Assembly (NCBI GenBank): GCA_050296515.1 | Contig: JBNKRJ010000019.1 | Span: 45,654-109,653 of the forward strand | Source: Bacteroidales bacterium | GTDB lineage: Bacteria > Bacteroidota > Bacteroidia > Bacteroidales > NBLH01 | Reading direction: 5' to 3' | DNA length: 64,000 nucleotides | Part shown: in pieces, positions 57,286-64,000 of the stretch | How the letters are laid out: each line of letters starts with the position of its first letter | How positions within the stretch are numbered: position 1 is the stretch's first letter | Made by a program: the position numbers and the translations under genes | Notes under the pieces: generated by a model | What the model saw: the letters and a program-made list of their open reading frames with translations, nothing else | What the model was told of the DNA's origin: nothing | Database searches by the model: none

Positions 57286-58293
57286 TTAAAACTGCCGTAA
57301 AAATCTCACATCATTTTCAAAATACAGTCGTAAATCTTTCACTCCGTATTTTAGCATGGCAATTCGCTCCACTCCCATCCCGAAAGCAAAACCTGTGTAT
57401 TTAACACTGTCAATACCATTACTTTCCAATACGTTAGGATCAACCATACCACAGCCTAAAATCTCCAACCAACCAGTGTACTTACAAACATTACAACCTT
57501 TCCCTCCACACAATGAACAGGAGATATCCATTTCAGCAGATGGCTCTGTAAATGGGAAGAATGATGGTCGTAAGCGGATCTCAGTTTTCTCGCCAAACAT
57601 TTCTTTGGCAAAATACATCAATGTTTGCTTTAAATCAGCGAAAGAAACATTGGTATCAATGTATAATCCCTCCACCTGGTGGAAAATACAGTGAGCCCGG
57701 GCCGAAATGGCCTCGTTACGGAAAACCCGCCCTGGTGATACTGTACGAATTGGTGGCTGTGTATTTTCCATTACTCGTACCTGAACCGATGATGTGTGCG
57801 TACGAAGCAATACATCCGGATTTTTCTCAATAAAGAAGGTATCTTGCATGTCTCTGGCAGGGTGTTCTTCAGGGAAGTTCAATGCTGAGAAAACGTGCCA
57901 GTCATCTTCAATTTCAGGACCTTCAGAAATTGTAAATCCTAGTCGTCCAAAAATTTCAATTATCTCATTTCTAACCAGTGAAATAGGATGACGCGTACCC
58001 AAAGTTTCAGGATCTCCGGGTAAAGTAAGGTCAATTTTTACTTTTTCACTATCGTTATCACTCACATTTTGCTTTAAAAACTCAACCTTGTCCTGGGTTT
58101 TATTTTTTAGTGTGTTTAATACCTGCCCAAACTCCTTCTTTTCTTCTTTTGGAATATTTTTAAACTCATTAAACAGCTCTGTAACAATTCCTTTTTTAGC
58201 TAAAAATTTGATTCTGAACTGTTCAATTTCTTCCAGACTTTTTGAAGAAAATGCTTCTACCTCTTTGATTAAATCCTGTATTTTGTCAATCAT
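57286..58293 (-). CDS. pheS: Phenylalanine--tRNA ligase alpha subunit
   Basis: 335 aa. Contains HPARDMQDTFF, FRNEAISARAH and GFAFGMGVERIAML. Confidence 0.95.
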   Translation of the reverse strand: MIDKIQDLIKEVEAFSSKSLEEIEQFRIKFLAKKGIVTELFNEFKNIPKEEKKEFGQVLNTLKNKTQDKVEFLKQNVSDNDSEKVKIDLTLPGDPETLGTRHPISLVRNEIIEIFGRLGFTISEGPEIEDDWHVFSALNFPEEHPARDMQDTFFIEKNPDVLLRTHTSSVQVRVMENTQPPIRTVSPGRVFRNEAISARAHCIFHQVEGLYIDTNVSFADLKQTLMYFAKEMFGEKTEIRLRPSFFPFTEPSAEMDISCSLCGGKGCNVCKYTGWLEILGCGMVDPNVLESNGIDSVKYTGFAFGMGVERIAMLKYGVKDLRLYFENDVRFLRQF

Positions 58294-58398
58294 TTCTATT
58301 GTGCTTAATATTTTGATCTAAACCTGCCAGGTTTGTTATAATTAACCATTACTGACAAAAGTAACCAATGTTGTTTATTTGAAGAAACCTGACAGGTT

Positions 58399-59340
58399 TT
58401 ACTTGTCAAGTACCTCCATCGATATTATTTTCACATCTTCCAATGGGCGATCGCTCCTGTCAGTTGCAACAACAGCAATTTTATCAATAATCTCCAATCC
58501 TTCTATTACCTCACCAAAAACAGTATAGCCTCCGTCTAAGTGAGGAGTTCCACCTACAGTTTTGTACACTTCTTTTTGCTTATCAGATAACTTATAAGGC
58601 TTTATTTCAGGATGTTCTGCTTTTAACTTTGTCACTATTCCGTCAATAATAGTTTGTAAACCTGCCTGATCTCCTGCATTTTGTTTTGCCTGAACTTCTG
58701 CCATTTCAGAAGGATGTTCGTTTAAATACTTTCTGATATAAGGCATAAATGCTTGCGATTCATACTGAGCATCCATTTGCTTCAACATATTATCATCATA
58801 CCTGGTTCCCTGAACAATATAAAACTGAGAACCAGAAGATCTTTTTTGAGGGTTTTGCTGATCGCCTAATCTGGCTGCCGATAATGCTCCTTTTTTATGA
58901 AACAATTCAGGTCTGAATTCAGCTTCAATCGTATAACCTGGTCCGCCACTGCCTAGTGCTTGTCCTTTTTGTGCTGTTTTTGAATCAGGATCACCTGCCT
59001 GAATCATAAAGTCTTTAATTACACGATGAAAAAGAACACCATCATAAAACTTTTCGTTCACCAACTTAATAAAATTCTTTTGATGAAGCGGAGTTTCATT
59101 ATACAGCAGAATTGTCATATCGCCCATGGTGGTTTTTATCTTCACTTTTACACCATCGCCATTATTTTTTTCAGGATCAACTGTTTCAGCTACCTGAACA
59201 ATTTCAGACTTAACCTCATTTGTAACAACATCTTTCTTTTCATCATTGTTTTCGGCAACTTTTGCACTGCAGGCATAAAAGAAAAACAATACAAAAGGAA
59301 GCGCTACCAGGTTGTATTTTAAAAACTTCTTGTTCATCAC
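58399..59340 (-). CDS. Cyclophilin-type peptidyl-prolyl isomerase, lipoprotein, with an inserted helical segment
   Basis: 313 aa. Lipobox FFFYACS. Contains FHRVIKDFMIQAGDP, GSQFYIV and YTVFGEVIEG. Confidence 0.9.
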   Translation of the reverse strand: MMNKKFLKYNLVALPFVLFFFYACSAKVAENNDEKKDVVTNEVKSEIVQVAETVDPEKNNGDGVKVKIKTTMGDMTILLYNETPLHQKNFIKLVNEKFYDGVLFHRVIKDFMIQAGDPDSKTAQKGQALGSGGPGYTIEAEFRPELFHKKGALSAARLGDQQNPQKRSSGSQFYIVQGTRYDDNMLKQMDAQYESQAFMPYIRKYLNEHPSEMAEVQAKQNAGDQAGLQTIIDGIVTKLKAEHPEIKPYKLSDKQKEVYKTVGGTPHLDGGYTVFGEVIEGLEIIDKIAVVATDRSDRPLEDVKIISMEVLDK

Positions 59341-59600
59341 TCAATTATTTGTTAAAAATAGAACGTCAAAATTAGCGGCAAAAAACCATAAAACAAAATA
59401 TTTAGCTGATTTGCTCAGTATGAAAGGCAGGAAAATATCTATAAATTTTACATAATATGCTATTCACCATTAGCAAAATTATATTACCTTTGTTGTCCTT
59501 TGAAAAAACCTCGCCGAGGGTTTTATTAGTCTGATTGATTGTTCAACAGATATAGGCACGGTTAACTTGAAATGACCTAAAAGAAATTAGACAAGTAGAA

Positions 59601-59675
59601 GGGCATTTAACTCAGTTGGTTTAGAGTGTCACCTTGACAGGGTGGAAGTCACTGGTTCGAATCCAGTAATGCCCA
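59601..59675 (+). tRNA. tRNA-Val (anticodon GAC)
   Basis: I folded the cloverleaf by hand: GGGCATT-TA-ACTC-AGTTGGTTTA-GAGT-G-TCACC-TTGACAG-GGTGG-AAGTC-ACTGG-TTCGAAT-CCAGT-AATGCCC-A. 75 nt. CCA is not encoded. Confidence 0.9.
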
Positions 59676-59819
59676 CAACCTATTTTAGTCAGAGTCGGTA
59701 AAAAGGGTAGGTGGTTTTTTAGCGGCCTATCCTTTTGGAGGCTTTCTATTCTTGAAAACAACTGACCCATAAAAAATTTAGATTTCAAATATTTTCCCAA
59801 CATGGTAAAGTAGTTTTAA

Positions 59820-60057
59820 TGTATACAAGGTTTAGGTATTATTTTACTGGATATTGCCATGGGTGACCATGCTATGTCGATAGTTGGCTATAACAATGAG
59901 GGTTTTATTATCCGCAACAGGCAAAGATTGGGGCGATAATGATCAGACAATTTATCTTTACTCTGATTTTAGTAAGCATTGGGAGATCTGGACAACTATT
60001 AACGACAGTTCTTCCATTCCTGATTTTAAGAGTGAAGACTATGTAAGACCAATTTAA
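59820..60057 (+). pseudogene. 3' remnant of a papain-like (C1) cysteine peptidase gene, with a frameshift
   Basis: Frame A reads ..DIAMGDHAMSIVGYNNEGFIIRN, then a stop at 59937. Shifting frame at about 59919 continues GKDWGDNDQTIYLYSDFSKHWEIW...* (stop at 60055-60057). Together they match the His/Asn end of C1 peptidases (G.HA..IVGY...IIRNSWG..WG..G) with the SW codons lost. The Cys-containing N-terminal two thirds are absent. Confidence 0.6.
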
Positions 60058-60689
60058 CCTAAATGGCTGTTGGCTATTGGAGTCAGCCTTTTATTGTTTT
60101 TTAATATTATAAAAAAGAGAGCATGTAAATAATTTAGGTATCTTAAATTCACATATATAGTGTGTGAATTTTTTGAACTCTTGACTTATCCAACTATAAA
60201 TATTGTATACAATAACATTATGTGAAATAACAATAGATTCACTACATTTTTAAGAATTGGATTCTAAGTGAATTGCTTGTTTTCGGAAATTTTTGATCAT
60301 ATAATTATTCTGGTTCTTTACACAAAATAAACTTATGTCAGATTAGTTGAGACTTTTGAAACACGCTCATTATAAAAACTTTAATATACCAAAATGAAAC
60401 ATACATGATTAATTTTAATCACACACGAGCATGATTATTAACAAAAACTGCCTGGTAACATGTAAGTTAAGTATAGTGGATGTTCCATCTGACAAATTGA
60501 AGCAATAAAAAATAAACAAGTGAAATTTACTATTGTTACGATGATATTAATGCAGTGTACAAATGTTGGCAACTTGAAGAGTTATCAATATTTCAAATGC
60601 TACTGCAACAGGTGTGTCGTTATATTACAACTGAACATTCATCAATTTATTTTTTATTATACTGGATAAAACTGAAAGGCTAATCTTTA

Positions 60690-61097
60690 TTATTTCACAC
60701 CATGGTCTATAAAAAATTCTGCATATGCTCTGTCTGTAGTCATAATATGACTGGAAATCCAGTTTTTTACATAGTTTGTTATCTCAATGGAAATTAATAG
60801 CTTTCCCGATTTAATTTTTTCAAGGTAATTATCAACTTTATTAACAAAGTTAATATGCTCTTTTTTATGAGAATCAAAATAGGGATATTCATATTTTTTC
60901 ATAAGGTGCTCTTCCTTGTTAAAATGAAGGGTCATGTAATCTCGCAAACCAAGAATCAAATTAATATGGGCCTCCTGATTGATTTCTTTTTTTAGATTTT
61001 CGTAAAAACCATTTATTAAATTAAAAAGAGTTTTATGTTGATAATCTATTGATTCAATGAATACACTAAAAGATTCATTCCATTCTATAATTGCCAT
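60690..61097 (-). CDS. Bacteriohemerythrin
   Basis: 135 aa. IEWNESFSV..IDYQHKTLF, HFNKEEHLM, HKKEH and SHIMTTDRAY give the His/Glu/Asp di-iron ligand pattern. Confidence 0.9.
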   Translation of the reverse strand: MAIIEWNESFSVFIESIDYQHKTLFNLINGFYENLKKEINQEAHINLILGLRDYMTLHFNKEEHLMKKYEYPYFDSHKKEHINFVNKVDNYLEKIKSGKLLISIEITNYVKNWISSHIMTTDRAYAEFFIDHGVK

Positions 61098-61158
61098 GGC
61101 ATTTAGATTTTTAAGGTTAAAATATTGTAATTAAATCTGCATTAAAAACTGGTTCTGT

Positions 61159-62778
61159 TCAATTTGAGACCAAGCTCTTAATTGAATTTTTAATTGTTTG
61201 TTTAGGTAACTTCAACTGTTTAACTGTTTGAACAATTTTGTCATCAGCAAAATCAATTTCAGTTCTAAAAAATTTGATCGTACTAAATAGTAATTCTGCC
61301 TGGCTGGAAAGCTCTTCTGCAGTGGCAGACATTTCTTCAGCAACAGCTGCATTTTGCTGAGCACCCTGGTTAAGCGAATGTAAAAATGTTCCAATTTGGT
61401 CAATTCCTGTACTTTGTTCGCCACTTGCACTGGCGATTTTCTGCACAAGTTTTGTAGTATTTTCTATTTCAGGAATAATCTCCTCAAATTGTTTGGCTGC
61501 AGTTTCTGCTATATTCATACCGCTAATTGAGAGGCTGTTAATTTCATCAGCGGCTATACGGCTATGTTCCGCCAGTTTTTTCACTTCAGTTGCAACTACG
61601 GCAAACCCACTGCCCCTTTCTCCTGCTCGGGCTGCTTCAACTGCTGCATTTAAAGCCAATATATTTGTTTGAAAGGCAATATCGCTAATAACCGATATTT
61701 TGCTGGTGATAACCTTAACTGATTCTGTAGAACTTTTAATTGCAATATTGCTCTCACTTATGCTTTTTGACGACTGCTCTGTTATTTTATTAGCCAGTAT
61801 TGCGTCTTCTGCATTTTGTTGTGTAGCAGATGAAATTTGTTCAATAGCTCCTGAGATTTCTTCAACTGCGGTAGCCTGCTCATTTGCCCCTTCAGACATT
61901 TGCTGTGTTGTGATGCTTACTTGTTTTCCCGCATTGGCAATATTGCCAGCTACAGAAATAACTGATTGAATAATTGATTTCAAACTGGTTGTCATATCTT
62001 GAATAGCCCCATATACACTTTGTTTTTTGCGATTTTTATCAAAGGCTATCATAAGATTTCCACTTGAAATTTCATTGGTAATGGCAAATATCTCCGAAGG
62101 ATCTCCTCCCAGTTGTCCTAATAGATGACGAATAATAAAAATACAAATTACTATTATAAGTACAATAGCAATAATTCCTGTTACTATCAAGAGTATAAAA
62201 TGTCTGTTTAACACATATATTGAGTTCTTTTCATTTAAACTACAGTTCTCTAATGCTAAGCTTACAAGTTCATCAATAGCAGCTCGGTGCTTTTCGTATA
62301 AACCTTTTAACTGATGGGTTAGGATTGCCTGCGCTTCAACCTTTTCGCCAGAGATAAGTTTTGGAAAAAAATCATTTTCAGCTATATTAAAAAATGTTTG
62401 CGCAGGATGATAACTCTCAGAAATCATTAAATCTTTCATTTTTCCATCCTTTAACTCATTCTTCCAGAATTCATTGCGCACCATATATTCTTCTTTTAAC
62501 TTGGTAAAGTTGGATTTAATACTTTTTAATTGTGTCATATTTTCTTCTTCCATTGCTTGAAATAGAAGAAGGTATGATTCGACAATGTATTTTGGAGGGG
62601 GCAGTATATCGGCTACTAAATCTTTGCTTTGAACAATTTTTTTATAAATTGGCCCATGAATCTTTAAAGTATTTAAAGTGTTTGTAAATAAAATTCCCAC
62701 AAGGGAAAATCCCAGGATAAAACAAAATACTAATAAGTACAATTTTATCGATATTTTTAGGTTTGTAAATCTTTTCAT
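61159..62778 (-). CDS. Methyl-accepting chemotaxis protein (two TM helices, periplasmic helical sensor, HAMP, MA domain)
   Basis: 539 aa. Highly conserved hairpin-tip region [42 protein letters not shown]. Confidence 0.9.
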   Translation of the reverse strand: MKRFTNLKISIKLYLLVFCFILGFSLVGILFTNTLNTLKIHGPIYKKIVQSKDLVADILPPPKYIVESYLLLFQAMEEENMTQLKSIKSNFTKLKEEYMVRNEFWKNELKDGKMKDLMISESYHPAQTFFNIAENDFFPKLISGEKVEAQAILTHQLKGLYEKHRAAIDELVSLALENCSLNEKNSIYVLNRHFILLIVTGIIAIVLIIVICIFIIRHLLGQLGGDPSEIFAITNEISSGNLMIAFDKNRKKQSVYGAIQDMTTSLKSIIQSVISVAGNIANAGKQVSITTQQMSEGANEQATAVEEISGAIEQISSATQQNAEDAILANKITEQSSKSISESNIAIKSSTESVKVITSKISVISDIAFQTNILALNAAVEAARAGERGSGFAVVATEVKKLAEHSRIAADEINSLSISGMNIAETAAKQFEEIIPEIENTTKLVQKIASASGEQSTGIDQIGTFLHSLNQGAQQNAAVAEEMSATAEELSSQAELLFSTIKFFRTEIDFADDKIVQTVKQLKLPKQTIKNSIKSLVSN

Positions 62779-62927
62779 AAGTAATTTTTTTAGCGTTTAT
62801 ACAATCAGGTTGTTAGTCCTTTCGTTAAGAAACAATTTTGAAATTATTAACTTTATATTTGAAGTTGCATACAATCTTAAAAGGATCGATCTATTTAGCA
62901 ATTCCAAAGATTAGCAAAAGGCCTTTT

Positions 62928-62958
62928 CTTCAAACACCCTATTGTAGGGTATTTGAAG
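62928..62958 (-). terminator. Hairpin between the two MCP genes
   Basis: cttcaaacaccct (62928-62940) pairs with agggtatttgaag (62946-62958), 12/13 bp. There is no clear T-run on the minus strand. Confidence 0.4.
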
Positions 62959-62985
62959 AAAAAATAGTGAATTAGGAAGAATAAT

Positions 62986-64000
62986 TTAGTATTTCTCAAA
63001 ATCAGACTTTTCCTCATCATCTGAAAGCTCGATAATTTTATTCGCTTTTTTCTTAGCGATTACTTTTTCTGAGCTCGATATTGAAGGTGCCTTGCTCTTT
63101 TTCGCCAATAAAATAGAGCTTTTATCTTTACTAGAAGCACCTATTTTATCAGTATCTGTTTTAAAAAAGGCAATAGTTTCACTTAGTTGCTCTGCCTGAC
63201 TTGTTAGTTCTTCTGCATTAGAGGCCATTTCTTCTGAGGCAACACTTGTTCTTTGGGTAACTGTATTTAGTTGAGTAATGGCATTGTTTATTTGGCCGCT
63301 ACCCGCATTTTGTTCAAGACTGGCTGCACTAATGTCTTTTACTAACACTGCAGTTTTTTGAATATCAGGAACAATTTTTTGTAATAATTTTCCTGATTCC
63401 TCCGCAATATGAACACTTGACTTTGACAATTCATCGATTTCTTTAGCAGCGTTCTGACTGTTTTCAGCCAATTTGCGAACCTCAGCAGCAACTACTGCAA
63501 ACCCTTTACCCTGTTCTCCAGCTCGTGCAGCTTCAATTGCAGCATTAATTGCTAACAAATCAGTTCTCTCAGCAATTTCTCCAATAATTGAGATTTTTTC
63601 AGCAATTTTTTTCATCGCATCTACTGTAATGGAGACAGCTTTATTGCCTTCAGCGATATCAAGAGCTGCCTGGTTTGCAATTTCTTCTGTAGACCTTGCA
63701 TTTTCAGCATTCTGGTTAATATTAGCTACCATCTCTTCCATACTTGAGGAGACCTCTTCTGAAGACGCAGCCTGTTCTGACGATCCTTCTGAGAGTTCGA
63801 TGGATACAGCCTGCATCGCCTGACTGGCGGAAACAATATTCTCAATAGCCATTTTAAATTCACCAATCATGTTTGAGTTGGCTTTAACCATATCGTTCAG
63901 CGTTTGCATCAACTCATCATTTTCAGAGCGTTTTTCAAGCAAAACGGTTAAATCTCCGTTGGCAATTAATCGAGCTTTTTCGATTATTTCCCTATTTGCA
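62986..64000 (-). CDS. Methyl-accepting chemotaxis protein; the 5' end runs off the right edge
   Basis: The MA domain has [40 protein letters not shown]. The frame stays open upstream of the track start (63942) to the window end and reads [20 protein letters not shown], which is HAMP-like. Confidence 0.85.
   Translation of the reverse strand, partial: ANREIIEKARLIANGDLTVLLEKRSENDELMQTLNDMVKANSNMIGEFKMAIENIVSASQAMQAVSIELSEGSSEQAASSEEVSSSMEEMVANINQNAENARSTEEIANQAALDIAEGNKAVSITVDAMKKIAEKISIIGEIAERTDLLAINAAIEAARAGEQGKGFAVVAAEVRKLAENSQNAAKEIDELSKSSVHIAEESGKLLQKIVPDIQKTAVLVKDISAASLEQNAGSGQINNAITQLNTVTQRTSVASEEMASNAEELTSQAEQLSETIAFFKTDTDKIGASSKDKSSILLAKKSKAPSISSSEKVIAKKKANKIIELSDDEEKSDFEKY

Noticed and set aside
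59621-59803. 60-aa minus-strand ORF
   Set aside because: It is antisense to tRNA-Val and its trailer. It is an artefact.
59601-64000. Intact integrative genomic island at tRNA-Val
   Set aside because: There is no integrase, excisionase or transposase ORF in the window. I could not spot a direct repeat of the tRNA 3' half. Only a decay scar is supported.
1-64000. CRISPR array
   Set aside because: The only tandem repeats are 7-bp (or 21-bp) degenerate arrays of 70 nt or less. No 25-40 nt repeat/spacer architecture and no cas genes are present.

Overview
Low-GC chromosomal segment that looks like Bacteroidota. Evidence for that: gldH and a porW/sprE-like type IX secretion (T9SS) lipoprotein, the conserved holB-PSP1-gldH-trmB and rnc-fabF-acpP neighbourhoods, many lipoprotein signal peptides, and TAnnTTTG promoter boxes 25-75 nt upstream of start codons. 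I call 53 protein-coding genes, 2 tRNAs (Arg-TCG, Val-GAC), 1 gene fragment (pseudogene), and a set of hairpin terminators and promoter boxes. Two of the genes run off the window edges and are therefore missing from the ORF track.

Most of the window is housekeeping: gpmI, pgk, maeB, pnp, rpsO, leuS, pheS, fabF/acpP/rnc, purN, upp, ispD, lplA, radC, trmB, holB. No CRISPR array, integrase, transposase or recognisable defence system is visible.

Candidates for something new, in my order of interest:
1. 9159-11471: a 770-aa membrane pyrophosphatase-family protein in which most of the canonical acidic catalytic residues appear to be substituted.
2. 54750-57143: a minus-strand cassette of a GT1 glycosyltransferase, an N-terminally truncated class III nucleotidyl cyclase domain, and a tightly coupled 169-aa coiled-coil protein with no recognisable domain.
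3. A family of degenerate 7-bp-periodic (heptad) tandem arrays in at least six intergenic regions. They often form hairpin arms and two pairs share exact 10-16-mers.
4. 59676-64000: a decayed region next to tRNA-Val (papain-like peptidase remnant plus 630 bp without ORFs), followed by two methyl-accepting chemotaxis protein genes and a stand-alone hemerythrin gene. This is unusual for a gliding/T9SS organism.

All functional calls come from reading the supplied translations and from remembered family motifs. No database search was run.
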